A stretch of DNA of 64,000 bases, taken from Mycobacteriales bacterium. Lineage in GTDB: Bacteria; Actinomycetota; Actinomycetes; BP-191. A program made the position numbers and the translations under genes. Positions within the stretch are counted from its first letter, which is position 1. Every line of letters begins with the position of its first letter. The notes beneath the pieces are model-generated. The model worked only from the letters and a program-made list of their open reading frames with translations. It ran no database searches and was not told the origin of the DNA. Location of the stretch: assembly GCA_036382875.1 (NCBI GenBank), contig DASVPJ010000042.1, positions 51,859 through 115,858 on the forward strand. The letters run 5' to 3'. Of this stretch, positions 50,092 to 59,584 are shown piece by piece.

Positions 50092-51250
50092 AGAGGTCGG
50101 GGTCGGGCACGAACGACACCACGAGCCGCCCGTCCGCGAGCGACGCGCCGCCGACGGTGCAGCGGCGCAGCGCGCCCGGCAGCGCGAGCACCCGGCGGCG
50201 CGAGCCGACGGTCACGACCAGCTCGTCGCCGCGGCGGACCAGGTCGAGGTCGGTCCTCTCGGCGAACGGCAGGTCCAGCGCGAGGTCGTAGCCGCTGTCG
50301 GTACGGGTCACGGTCAGCGCCTCGCGCGGCGGCGGCAGCGCCAGCGGGTCGTCGGCGCCGTACGCCGACGCGCCGAACGCCGCCAGCTCGCCGAGCCCGA
50401 CCGGCTCGCCCGCGCGGTAGGCCGAGCGCCACACCGGCAGCGGCGCGAACGACTGCTCCACCTCCGCGAGCTGGATGGCCTGCGCCGCCACCCACCCGGC
50501 GCGCCAGGCGTCGTCGCCCTTCGGGAACACGCGGTTCGCCACGACGCCGTCGACGCGGTAGCCGTAGAGGCTCAGCGACGTGAGGGTGCGGCGCGCCTCC
50601 GCGACGACGACCGCCTCCGGCGTCAGCACCAGCCGCACGCTGGCCTCCGGCGCGGTCAGCAGCGCGCGGACGTCGCCGAGGTCGGCGTGCAGACGTTCGA
50701 CCGCGTCGAAGACCCGGTCGTGCGGCAGCGGCGCCGAGCGGACGAACGGCCGCATCGCCCGGGCCACCCGCCGCGACGCCGGGAACACCCGGTCCATGTA
50801 CCAGGACAGCGCCTCGGGCAGCGCGAGCAGCCGCAACGTCTCCGCCGTCGGCGCGCAGTCCACGACGACGAGGTCCCACGTGCCGGAGGTGACCTGGCGG
50901 CGTACCTCCAGCAGCGCCAGCACCTCCTCGGCGCCGGGCAGCACGGTCAGCTCCTCGGCCGCCATCGGGTCCACGCCCGAGCGGTCGAGCAGCGCCATCA
51001 GGTAGTCCTGCACCTCGCGCCACGAGCGTTCGAACTCCCGCTGCGCGTCGATCTGCTGGCCGAACAGGTTCGCGTCGACCTCGGTCGGCTCCGGGCCGAG
51101 GGGGGTGTCGAGCGTGTCGGAGAGCGAGTGCGCGGGGTCCGTGGAGACGACGAGCGTCTTCAGCCCGCGCCCGGCGGCGAGGGTCGCGGTCGCGGCCGAC
51201 GCGGTGGTCTTGCCGACGCCGCCCTTGCCGGTGAACAGGAGGACGCGCAC
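50078..51250 (-). CDS. ArsA/Get3-family anion-transporting ATPase homolog
   Basis: P-loop FTGKGGVGKTT. About 390 aa. Comparable to M. tuberculosis Rv2184c / Rv3679-3680. Confidence 0.8.
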   Translation of the reverse strand: MRVLLFTGKGGVGKTTASAATATLAAGRGLKTLVVSTDPAHSLSDTLDTPLGPEPTEVDANLFGQQIDAQREFERSWREVQDYLMALLDRSGVDPMAAEELTVLPGAEEVLALLEVRRQVTSGTWDLVVVDCAPTAETLRLLALPEALSWYMDRVFPASRRVARAMRPFVRSAPLPHDRVFDAVERLHADLGDVRALLTAPEASVRLVLTPEAVVVAEARRTLTSLSLYGYRVDGVVANRVFPKGDDAWRAGWVAAQAIQLAEVEQSFAPLPVWRSAYRAGEPVGLGELAAFGASAYGADDPLALPPPREALTVTRTDSGYDLALDLPFAERTDLDLVRRGDELVVTVGSRRRVLALPGALRRCTVGGASLADGRLVVSFVPDPDLWRDA

Positions 51251-51260
51251 CAGGCAGAGG

Positions 51261-51956
51261 CTAGTGCGGCGGCGACGGCGGGCCCAAACGAGCGCGTACG
51301 GCGGGCCACCCCGGGTGCGCGCGCAGCGGCGCCAGGGCGTCGTCGGCGTCCAGCGCGGCCGGGTCGTCCCAGCCGCGGTCGATCGCCGTCGCGACCCAGC
51401 GCAGCGCGCGGTCGAGGTCTCCGGCCCGTGCCCAGCAGCCCGCCGCGTCGAACGCGGCCACCCGACCGGTGCCGCGCTCGGCGAACGCCGCCGCCTCGGC
51501 GAACGCGCCCTCGAAGTGCAGCCCCGACGCGAGGCCGACGAGCACGTGGTCGGTCAGCACGTCCCCGAACGCCTCGCGCACCACCGCGCCGACGTCGGCC
51601 CCGTGCCGGTGCAGCACGGCGGCCAGGGTCATCGCGCCGAGCACGTCGACCTCCTCCTGCCTGGCCCGGGCGAGCAGGTGGCGCGCGTGGCGCTCCTGAC
51701 CCGACGCCCACCACACCGCGGCCGCGACGCCCGGGTTGACCCAGCCGCGCACGCCGCGCAGCGCGAACCGCGCGCCCCGCACGTCGCCCTTGCGGACGAG
51801 CGCCGCCGCGACGGTGACGCCGGTGTACGGCCCGCGCCGCGTGCCGACCAGCGCGAGCGCCGCGTCCATGTCGCCCTTCGCCGCCATGACGCCCATGGCG
51901 TCGTGGACGTAGTCCGGCATCGCGGTGGGGTCCCCCTCGCGCCACCGCCGGAACAT
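51261..51956 (-). CDS. TPR-like repeat protein (231 aa), paralogous to the C-terminal domain of the adjacent M50 protease
   Basis: Ends ...LAPLRAHPGWPAVRARLG, while the upstream gene ends ...LAALRAHPGWAAVRTRIG. The ATG overlaps the upstream stop (TGATG). Confidence 0.5.
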   Translation of the reverse strand: MFRRWREGDPTAMPDYVHDAMGVMAAKGDMDAALALVGTRRGPYTGVTVAAALVRKGDVRGARFALRGVRGWVNPGVAAAVWWASGQERHARHLLARARQEEVDVLGAMTLAAVLHRHGADVGAVVREAFGDVLTDHVLVGLASGLHFEGAFAEAAAFAERGTGRVAAFDAAGCWARAGDLDRALRWVATAIDRGWDDPAALDADDALAPLRAHPGWPAVRARLGPPSPPH

Positions 51957-53284
51957 CAGCCGATCCTCGTTCGCACCGCCGCCCAGCCGGGGTGCGCGCG
52001 CAGCGCGGCGAGGTCGTCGTCGGTGTCGGCGACCGCGCCGTCGCGGAAGCCGAGCAGCACCGCGTGGTCGAGCATGCGCAGCCCCCGGTCGGCGTCGCCG
52101 GCGCGCGCGTAGGAGCACGCCGCGTTGTACGCGTGGTGCCAGTCGTCGAGCCCCGCGCCGAGGCCGCGTTCGTACCAGCGCGCCGCGTCGGCGTAGCGGC
52201 CGGAGTGGAACAGCGCGGTCGCCGCGCCCACGGCGCCGCGCGGCCCGACCGGCGCGAGCAGCGCGTCCACGTCGTCGCCACGCGCGATCAGCAACGCGGC
52301 CAGCTCGCGCACCGCCCACGTCTGCGGGTCCGCCGGCAACGACGTGGCGAGGATGTCGCGGGCGAGCGCCTCCTGGCCGTTGGCCAGCAGCACCGCGGCC
52401 TCGAACGTCCGGTCGATGCGGACGTTCCGCGGCAGGTCCAGCAGCCGCTCCTGCGCCTCGCGCGGGCGGCCGAGCCGCAGCAGCGCGGCGGCCGAGACGA
52501 TCCGCGCGACCGGGTCGTCGGCGCCGCGGGCGAGGGCGTACGCCTCCTCGGCGCGACCCTCGCCGAGCGCGGTGTCGGCGCGTTCCAGCAGCGGCCGGGT
52601 CCGCGCGTCGTGCCGGGTCAGGCGGCGGACCGACAGCACGGTGCGGACGTTGCCGACGCCGAAGAACAGCACGAACGCCGCCGCGATCACGTACCCCGCG
52701 CGCGCCGCGGCGACCGCGACCGCGGCGCCGACCACGACCGAGACCCACGACGTGCGGACGACGCGGACGACGTCGTCGCGGCCGGGCATCACCGCCAGCA
52801 CGACCTGGCCGCCGTCGAGCGGCAGCATCGGCAGCAGGTTGAGCAGCCCCCAGCCGAGGTTCGCGAAGAAGGCCGCCCGGAACGCGTACTCCAGGAGCGT
52901 GCCGCGCCCGGGGTCCACCGCGTGGTACAGCGGCACGAGCGCGAGGCCGAGCGCCACGCCGCCGGCCACCCCGGAGAGGCTCACCATCACGCGCCGGGCG
53001 CGGCTCGCGCGGGCCGCGTCCCACCGGGTCAGCCCGGCCATCGCGAACAGGTCGATCCGCGGGTCCCCGCCGACCGGCCGCGCCACGAGCGCGTGACCGA
53101 GCTCGTGCGCGACGACCGACACCGTGACGACGACGACCCAGACGAGCGCCGCGTCGATCCCCTGGCCGCTGGCGCCGATGAGGAACGCGATGACGAGGAA
53201 GCTCGCGTGGATGTCGACCGGGATGCCGAGGAGCCGGAACGACACCAGCCCCCGGCTGCCCGCGCCGGGGACCGGAAGAGCCAC
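51956..53284 (-). CDS. Site-2 protease (M50) family membrane metalloprotease with a C-terminal TPR domain
   Basis: HExxH in a TM context (VVAHELGHALV), multiple TM segments, and a C-terminal TPR. Confidence 0.75.
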   Translation of the reverse strand: MALPVPGAGSRGLVSFRLLGIPVDIHASFLVIAFLIGASGQGIDAALVWVVVVTVSVVAHELGHALVARPVGGDPRIDLFAMAGLTRWDAARASRARRVMVSLSGVAGGVALGLALVPLYHAVDPGRGTLLEYAFRAAFFANLGWGLLNLLPMLPLDGGQVVLAVMPGRDDVVRVVRTSWVSVVVGAAVAVAAARAGYVIAAAFVLFFGVGNVRTVLSVRRLTRHDARTRPLLERADTALGEGRAEEAYALARGADDPVARIVSAAALLRLGRPREAQERLLDLPRNVRIDRTFEAAVLLANGQEALARDILATSLPADPQTWAVRELAALLIARGDDVDALLAPVGPRGAVGAATALFHSGRYADAARWYERGLGAGLDDWHHAYNAACSYARAGDADRGLRMLDHAVLLGFRDGAVADTDDDLAALRAHPGWAAVRTRIG

Positions 53285-53287
53285 GCC

Positions 53288-53719
53288 CTACCTACCCTCG
53301 ACGCGCTTCTTGAGGTCCTTCAGCGCGGTGTCCATGACGACCTTCTCGGCCTTGCGCTTGAACATGCCGAGCATCGGGATGCCCGCGTCGATCGTGAGCT
53401 CGTACGTCACGTGCGTGCCGCCGTCCTGGGGCTTCAGCGTGTACGAGCCGCGGTTCTCCTTCAGCGTCCCGGACTCGAGGTCCCACGAGATCCTCTGGTC
53501 GCCGTCGTAGGTGTAGCGCAGCGTGTAGTCGGCCTTCATGACGCCCGCGTCGACCACGAACCGCGCCTTGTCCGCCCGGCCGTCCGCGCCGGTCGACAGC
53601 ACCTCGGCGGTCTTGATGAACCCGGCCCACTCGGGGTACGCCGCGAAGTCCGAGATGACCGCCATCACGTCGGCCGGCGCCGCGTCGATGACGATGGAGC
53701 TGCTCGCCTGGTCCGCCAT
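53288..53719 (-). CDS. SRPBCC (polyketide cyclase/dehydrase-like) family protein
   Basis: 143 aa with an SRPBCC fold pattern. Comparable to M. tuberculosis Rv2185c (TB16.3). Confidence 0.7.
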   Translation of the reverse strand: MADQASSSIVIDAAPADVMAVISDFAAYPEWAGFIKTAEVLSTGADGRADKARFVVDAGVMKADYTLRYTYDGDQRISWDLESGTLKENRGSYTLKPQDGGTHVTYELTIDAGIPMLGMFKRKAEKVVMDTALKDLKKRVEGR

Positions 53720-53728
53720 GCGCCGAGC

Positions 53729-54496
53729 CTACGGGAGGTCGAGGACGTACGGCTCGCCGCGCCCGCGGAAGTGGCCGACGTTGACGCACTGCGTCCGCCC
53801 GAGCCGGACCGCCGGCAGCAGCGGGCTGTGCACGTGGCCGAACAGGCAGTACGCCGGCTGCGTCGTGCGGATCGCGTCGAGCACCGCCTCGCTGCCGCGT
53901 TCGAAGCGCCGCGCGGCGGTGTCGTAGACCAGCCACGGCAGGTGCGGCGGGATGTGGCAGCACAGCACGTCCACCGCGCCGACCGCCGCGACCTTGGCGG
54001 CGTACTCCTCGTCGGAGATCTCGAACGGCGTCCGCATCGGCGTGCGCAGCCCGCCCCCCACGAAGCCGAACGTCAGCCCGCCGATCTCGACCGTCTCGCC
54101 GTCCAGCAGCGTGATGCCGTCGCGCAGGTAGTCGGCGTAGAGGTGCGGCAGGTCGACGTTGCCGTACGTCAGGTACGTCGGCGTCGGGAACGCCGCGAAC
54201 AGCTCCGCGTACTGCGCGCGGATCGCCCGCTCCATGACCGCGAACCGGTCCTCCGCGATCGACGACCACAGCTCCTGCGACCACGCGCGCGCGTCGTCGA
54301 AGCGGCGCGCGGTGCGCAGCTCGACCAGCTTCGCGACCGCGGCCACGCCGAACAGGTCGGCCATGATCCCGGAGTAGTCGTCGTAGTCGATGAAGTGGAT
54401 GAGGTCGCCGAGGCAGACCAGCGCGTCGGCGCCGTCGCCGGCCCGGGCGAGCGCGTCGGCGCGGCCGTGGACGTCGCTCACCACGTGCACGCGCAT
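53729..54496 (-). CDS. Metallophosphoesterase
   Basis: MRVHVVSDVHG...LVCLGDLI...GNVD, the calcineurin-like phosphoesterase motifs. Confidence 0.75.
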   Translation of the reverse strand: MRVHVVSDVHGRADALARAGDGADALVCLGDLIHFIDYDDYSGIMADLFGVAAVAKLVELRTARRFDDARAWSQELWSSIAEDRFAVMERAIRAQYAELFAAFPTPTYLTYGNVDLPHLYADYLRDGITLLDGETVEIGGLTFGFVGGGLRTPMRTPFEISDEEYAAKVAAVGAVDVLCCHIPPHLPWLVYDTAARRFERGSEAVLDAIRTTQPAYCLFGHVHSPLLPAVRLGRTQCVNVGHFRGRGEPYVLDLP

Positions 54497-54562
54497 GGCC
54501 CGAGCGTAGACAACCTTCGCCGCGCCCCACACCGTTGGCACGGCAGAGGGGAGGCCGCGCCG

Positions 54563-55051
54563 ATGGAGTTCGCCGAGTTCGTCGCCGCCCGGCAGCGTGC
54601 CCTCCTGCGCGCCGGGTGGCTGCTCACCGGCGACTGGGCGTCGGCCGAGGACCTCGTGCAGACCGCGCTCGTGCGCACCTGGCCGCACTGGCACCGGCTG
54701 CCGGACGCCGACCGGGCCGAGGCGTACGTGCGGCGGGTGATGTTCACGACGTACGCGTCGTGGTGGCGCCGCCGCTGGCGCGGCGAGACGCCGACCGCCG
54801 ACCTGCCGGACCGGGCCGCGGGCGCCGCCGACACCGACCTGCGCGCCGCGCTCGTCGCCGCCGTGCTCCGGCTGCCGAGGCGGCAGCGCGCCGTCGTCGT
54901 GCTGCGCTTCCTCGACGACCTGACCGAGGCGCGCGCCGCCGAGGTGCTCGGCTGCTCTGTCGGCACCGTGAAGAGCCAGACCGCCAAGGCGCTGGCCACC
55001 CTGCGCCGGGACCCTCGCCTCGCCGGCCTCTCTCTGGTGGAGACCCGATGA
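54563..55051 (+). CDS. ECF (sigma-70 family) RNA polymerase sigma factor
   Basis: Region 2 (EDLVQTALVRTW) and region 4 (LTEARAAEVLGCSVGTVKSQ). RBS AGAGGGGAGG. Confidence 0.75.
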   Translation: MEFAEFVAARQRALLRAGWLLTGDWASAEDLVQTALVRTWPHWHRLPDADRAEAYVRRVMFTTYASWWRRRWRGETPTADLPDRAAGAADTDLRAALVAAVLRLPRRQRAVVVLRFLDDLTEARAAEVLGCSVGTVKSQTAKALATLRRDPRLAGLSLVETR

Positions 55052-55827
55052 ACGACCTCTCCCGGCTCCTCGACAGCGCGGTGCCCGAGCCGCCGCGCCC
55101 GCTCGCCGCCGCCGTGCTCGTCGCGCGCGCGCGCCGCCGCCGCGCGGCCCGCACCGCGGCGTTCGCGGGGGTCGTCGCCACGGCGGTGGTGGCGGGCGTC
55201 GCGGTCGCCGGCGGCACCGTCCGCGACCCCGGCCGTCCCGCCGCGCCCGTCGCCACCGTCTCCCCCGGTGTGGCCGGCGCGTGGCCGGTTCTGCCGGCGG
55301 CGGGGACCTGCGCGCGGACCTACCCGGACGTCATCGAGGGGTTCGACATCGCGGTCGACGCGACGGTGGTCGGCGTGCGGCACGGCGAGCGGACCGAGGT
55401 CGACCTCGCGGTGCACCACGTCTACCGCGGCCCCCAAGGCGGCACGCTGACGCTGACCGCGCGGCCCGGCGAGGTGCCCGACACCGCCGTGGGGCTGCGC
55501 GGGCTGTTCGCCGTCTACGCCGACCGCGCGCTGACGACGTGCGGCTACTCGCGGCCGTACTCCGTCTCGGACGCGGCGGCGTGGCACCACGTGTTCGAGG
55601 CGCCGGACACGTGCGGCCTGTGGCGCGACCGCGCGTTCGGCGTCGGCTACGACGAGCCGTCGTACGTCGGGCTCACCGTGGCCGACGCGACGGCGCGCGC
55701 GCGGCGGGAGGGGTGGTCGGTAAGGCTGGTGGGCGACGCGGCGCTCGGCCTGACGAAGGACTTCGACCCGGGCCGGCTGAACCTCTGCGACCGCGACGGC
55801 GTCGTGACATCCGCGCTGCGGGCCTAG
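55048..55827 (+). CDS. Putative anti-sigma factor / membrane-anchored protein
   Basis: ATGA overlap with the sigma gene. N-terminal cytoplasmic segment, one TM segment, then an extracytoplasmic domain with four Cys. Confidence 0.5.
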   Translation: MNDLSRLLDSAVPEPPRPLAAAVLVARARRRRAARTAAFAGVVATAVVAGVAVAGGTVRDPGRPAAPVATVSPGVAGAWPVLPAAGTCARTYPDVIEGFDIAVDATVVGVRHGERTEVDLAVHHVYRGPQGGTLTLTARPGEVPDTAVGLRGLFAVYADRALTTCGYSRPYSVSDAAAWHHVFEAPDTCGLWRDRAFGVGYDEPSYVGLTVADATARARREGWSVRLVGDAALGLTKDFDPGRLNLCDRDGVVTSALRA

Positions 55828-55830
55828 CCG

Positions 55831-56388
55831 CTACGGCACCATGATCGTGGGGCCCGGCGCCGGCTGCCCCTTCGGGGGCTCCTTGGTCGTCGCGAGCGTG
55901 AACGCGCCGAGCAGCACGAGGAACGCCGCCAGGCAGGCCACCGCGATGACCATCCGTCGCTGGCGCAGCGCGCGCACGTCGTCGAGCCGCGTGATCCGGC
56001 CGCCGAACGGCGTGCCGCACGTCGTGCACGCCGCCGCCTCGATCGGCGAACGGCCCCCGCAGTCGACGCACGGCCACGTCACGGTGGAGGGGGCGCCGGG
56101 GTCGGCGGCGAGCGGCTGCGCGAGCACCGCGGACAGCGGCGCGGTGAGCGGGTCGACGGGGGCGGCGGGCACCACCGGAGCCGGCGCCGCGACCGCGACC
56201 TCGGGAGCCGCGGCCGCGATCTCGGGAGCCGCGGCGGGCGCGGCCGCCACCAGCACGTCCAGCGGTGCCGTCAACGGGTCGACGGCCGGGGGCGCGGGCG
56301 GCTTCGGGCGCAGGTCCGCGTAGCACAACGTGCACCACGGGTCGCCGGCGCGCACGGTGGCGCCGCACGACGGGCAGGAGCCGGTCAC
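55831..56388 (-). CDS. Zinc-ribbon protein with two CxxC pairs and a C-terminal TM anchor
   Basis: CPSCG...CTLC and CVDCG...CTTCG motifs. A Pro/Ala-rich linker. A TM segment near the C-terminus. Confidence 0.5.
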   Translation of the reverse strand: MTGSCPSCGATVRAGDPWCTLCYADLRPKPPAPPAVDPLTAPLDVLVAAAPAAAPEIAAAAPEVAVAAPAPVVPAAPVDPLTAPLSAVLAQPLAADPGAPSTVTWPCVDCGGRSPIEAAACTTCGTPFGGRITRLDDVRALRQRRMVIAVACLAAFLVLLGAFTLATTKEPPKGQPAPGPTIMVP

Positions 56389-56411
56389 ACCCGGGCTATC
56401 GGCCGTTCGGC

Positions 56412-56844
56412 CTAACGGCTTGAGCCCTCCGGCGGCATCCCGACGACCCGCCCCGCCTCCAGCCGGTCCTTCAACGCGTTCAGCCCGGCCTTGACCCGGA
56501 CGCGGTGCCGCTCGCGGGCGCGGATCAGCCGCCTCGGCGACAGCTCCCGCGCCGGGTCGGCGCGCAGGTAGTAGTGCACGATCGCGCCGTCGCCCCACGG
56601 CTCGACCCAGAACTCGCTCGTCCCCACCAGCGCGCCGGAGACCCGCAGCCGCACGCCCTCGTCGCCGCGGTCCTCGTACGCCGCGCACTCCAGGTCCGGG
56701 AACAGCCGCCGCCACAGCTCCGGCGACTTCAGCTCGGCGGCGACGGCGGCGGGCGGCGCGACGAGGAACGTCTCGTCGATCACGTCGACCAGCGGCACCC
56801 GCGCAGTCTCACACGGCGTCTCGCGGCGCTGTTGCACATGCCTT
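56412..56844 (-). CDS. SRPBCC family protein
   Basis: About 140 aa. LVDVIDETFLVAPPAAVAAELKSPELWRRLFPDLE... Start uncertain. Confidence 0.5.
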
Positions 56845-56866
56845 GCAGTTACCAGAATTGCGAAAG

Positions 56867-56986
56867 ATGGACATGCCCAATTCGACCCCTTACCCTGCGG
56901 CCATGTCCTTCGCGGTCCTCTACGCACGGCTGCATGTCGACCTGCAGCGCGTGAGCACCGCCCTGTGTCTGCCCTGTCCCTGTTAG
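56867..56986 (+). CDS. Candidate leader peptide (39 aa) ending CLPCPC, in the lower-GC leader upstream of cysH
   Basis: The ATG ORF was translated by hand. Three Cys codons lie among the last six codons. Only a weak RBS-like GAAAG is present. Confidence 0.2.
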   Translation: MDMPNSTPYPAAMSFAVLYARLHVDLQRVSTALCLPCPC

Positions 56987-57099
56987 GACCGGCAGACCCC
57001 TTCGCACCTCCGCATCGGGACGCCGCGTCCGGCGTCCCCGGCCTGGAGCCGTAGGCAACGCCGTCGCGCGAGCGTCCCCCGTTCTCCAGGACGCCGCAC

Positions 57100-57774
57100 A
57101 TGACGATCTCCGCCGCAGAGGACCTCCGTGAGGTCGCGCTGCGCGCCGGGCGCGACCTCGAGGGCGCGCCGGCGGGCGAGATCCTGCGCTGGGCGCACGA
57201 GACGTTCGGCGACCGGTTCGCGCTCACGTCGTCGATGGAGACCGGCCTGCTCGCCCACCTGGCGAGCAGCGTGGCGCCGGGCGTGCGCGTGCTGTTCCTC
57301 GACACCGGCTACCACTTCGCCGAGACGATCGGCACCCGCGACGCGATCGCGAGCGTCTACGACGTCACGGTCCTGACGATCACCAACGACCTGCCCGACG
57401 ACCGCCTCTACGAGCGCGACGTCGACGCGTGCTGCCAGGCCCGCAAGGTGGACCCGCTCGACGCGGCGCTGGCGCCGTACCTCGCGTGGGGCAGCGGCGT
57501 CCGCCGCGACGAGAGCCCGTCCCGCGCGGCCACCCCGGTCGTCGGGTGGGACGCCAAGAGAAGCAAGGTCAAGGTCAACCCGATCGCGGCCTGGACGCAG
57601 GCCGACGTCGACGCGTACGTCGCCGAGCACGGCGTGCTCGTCAACCCCCTCCTCACCGACGGCTACCTCTCGATCGGGTGCGCGCCGTGCACCCGCCGCG
57701 TGGCCCCCGGCGAGGACCCCCGCAGCGGCCGCTGGGCGGGGACCGGCAAGACGGAGTGTGGTCTGCATGTCTGA
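57100..57774 (+). CDS. cysH: Phosphoadenosine phosphosulfate / adenylyl-sulfate reductase
   Basis: PAPS reductase fold. C-terminal CC...CxxC cluster (ACCQ...GCAPCTRR), typical of Fe-S APS reductases. Confidence 0.85.
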   Translation: MTISAAEDLREVALRAGRDLEGAPAGEILRWAHETFGDRFALTSSMETGLLAHLASSVAPGVRVLFLDTGYHFAETIGTRDAIASVYDVTVLTITNDLPDDRLYERDVDACCQARKVDPLDAALAPYLAWGSGVRRDESPSRAATPVVGWDAKRSKVKVNPIAAWTQADVDAYVAEHGVLVNPLLTDGYLSIGCAPCTRRVAPGEDPRSGRWAGTGKTECGLHV

Positions 57775-59584
57775 CGTACGTACGTTCGCGTCGTTCGGGG
57801 GCGCGGTGGACGCCGACACCTCGCCGCGGCTGCTCGCGGACGACGAGCTCGCGCCGAGCCTGCGCGACGCCCCGGCGTTCTCCGACCTGGACGAGCTCGA
57901 CCGCTTCGAGGTCGCGGTCAAGTCCTACCTCGCCGGGGAGATGGACCCGGAGGAGTTCCGCCGGATGCGGCTGTGGCACGGCGTGTACGGCCAGCGCCAC
58001 CTCGTCGACGTGCACATGGTCCGCACCAAGCTGCCCGGCGGCTCGCTGACCCCGCAGGCGCTCGACGCGATGGCCGACGTCGCCGAGCAGTACAGCCGCG
58101 GCTGGGGCCACATCACGACCCGGCAGAACGTGCAGTTCCACTTCGTCGCGCTCGCCGACGTGCCGGCCGCGCTCAAGCGGCTCGCGGAGGCCGGCGTCAC
58201 GAGCCGCGAGGCGTGCGGCGACACCGTCCGCAACGTCACCGCGTGCCACCTCGCGGGCGTCTGCCCGATGGAGGTGCTCGACGTCAACGCCGCCGCCGAG
58301 GCCGTCGCCCGGCACTTCCTGCGCAACCCGCTCGCGCAGAACCTCCCCCGCAAGTTCAAGGTCGCGGCGTCCGGCTGCGCCATCGACTGCGCCCTCACCG
58401 GCATCCACGACATCGGCATCATCGCGACCGAGGTCGACGGGGTGAAGGGCTTCCGGCTCGTCGTCGGCGGCGGCCTCGGCACCGACCCGCACGCCGCGCA
58501 GCCGCTCGAGCCGCTCACCGCGCCGGACGAGCTGATCGTCACGGCCGAGGCGATCCTGCGGGTCTGGGACCGCGAGATGCCGCGGCACCAGCGGGCGCGG
58601 GCGCGGATGAAGTTCCTCGTCGCCAAGATGGGCATCGAGACGTTCCGCGAGAAGGTCTTCGCCGAGCGCGAGAAGCTGCGCTGCTCCGCGGACTACCGCA
58701 AGCAGGACCCGGAGGCGTTCCTCCCGGCCCGGCAGCCGCGGCCCGCCGTCGTCGCCGCCGAGGACCCGTCGTACGAGTCGGCCGACCCGTTCGGCTACGC
58801 CCTGTGGCGCGAGACGAACGTCATCGAGCAGCGCCAGCGCGGCCGCTACGTCGCGTACGTCTCGGTGCGGATGGGCGACGTCACGACCGAGCAGTTCCGG
58901 ACGCTGGCGAAGGCCGCGCGCGAGCTCGGCATCGAGTGGCGCACGACGGTCCGGCAGAACCTCGTCGCCCGCGACCTGCGCCCGGGCGACGTGCCGCGCC
59001 TCTACGACGTCCTCGCCGCCGCGGGCCTGAACGACACCGGCGCCGAGCGCGCGTCGAACGTCGTGAGCTGCCCCGGCGCCGAGACGTGCAACCTCGCGCT
59101 CGTCGCCTCGCGCGGCGTCGCGTCCGCGACGATCGACGCGCTCAAGGTCGCCGGGCTCGGCGACGTGCCGCTGTCCATCAACGTGTCCGGCTGCCCGAAC
59201 TCCTGCGGCCAGCAGCAGATGGCCGACATCGGCCTGTCCGGCCAGGTCCGCCGGGTCGGCACCGACGAGGCGCCCGGCTACCGCATCCTGCTCGGCGGCC
59301 GGGTCACCGAGGGCGGCGCGCGGTTCGGCCAGTACGTCGCCAAGGCGCCGGCCAAGCTCACGCCCGCCGCAGTGGTCAACGTGGTCGGCCGCTTCAAGGA
59401 GGAGCGCCGCGACGGCGAGCGGTTCGGCGACTGGGTGGACCGCATCGGCGCCGAGGAGATCGGCGCGTCGCTGTCGGAGTTCGACGTCAAGCGCACCCGC
59501 GACGAGGCGCCCGAGGACTTCACCGACTGGGGCGACACGGCGCCGTTCCAGGTCATCTTGGGGCGTGGCGAATGCGCGGGCTGA
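57767..59584 (+). CDS. sir: Ferredoxin-dependent sulfite reductase (nitrite/sulfite reductase family)
   Basis: Two NiR/SiR ferredoxin-like half-domains and sirohaem/4Fe-4S Cys motifs (SCPGAETCNLA, SGCPNSCGQQ). Confidence 0.85.
   Translation: MSDVRTFASFGGAVDADTSPRLLADDELAPSLRDAPAFSDLDELDRFEVAVKSYLAGEMDPEEFRRMRLWHGVYGQRHLVDVHMVRTKLPGGSLTPQALDAMADVAEQYSRGWGHITTRQNVQFHFVALADVPAALKRLAEAGVTSREACGDTVRNVTACHLAGVCPMEVLDVNAAAEAVARHFLRNPLAQNLPRKFKVAASGCAIDCALTGIHDIGIIATEVDGVKGFRLVVGGGLGTDPHAAQPLEPLTAPDELIVTAEAILRVWDREMPRHQRARARMKFLVAKMGIETFREKVFAEREKLRCSADYRKQDPEAFLPARQPRPAVVAAEDPSYESADPFGYALWRETNVIEQRQRGRYVAYVSVRMGDVTTEQFRTLAKAARELGIEWRTTVRQNLVARDLRPGDVPRLYDVLAAAGLNDTGAERASNVVSCPGAETCNLALVASRGVASATIDALKVAGLGDVPLSINVSGCPNSCGQQQMADIGLSGQVRRVGTDEAPGYRILLGGRVTEGGARFGQYVAKAPAKLTPAAVVNVVGRFKEERRDGERFGDWVDRIGAEEIGASLSEFDVKRTRDEAPEDFTDWGDTAPFQVILGRGECAG

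Noticed and set aside
54496-54563. ECF-type autoregulated promoter (GGAAC-N17-CGTT) upstream of the sigma factor gene
   Set aside because: Only a loose GACAAC...N18...CCGTT resemblance. The spacing and the -35 element do not fit the consensus well enough to call.
56849-57058. 69-aa minus-strand ORF in the cysH leader region
   Set aside because: No RBS, Arg-rich biased composition, and it overlaps the proposed leader structures. Likely spurious.
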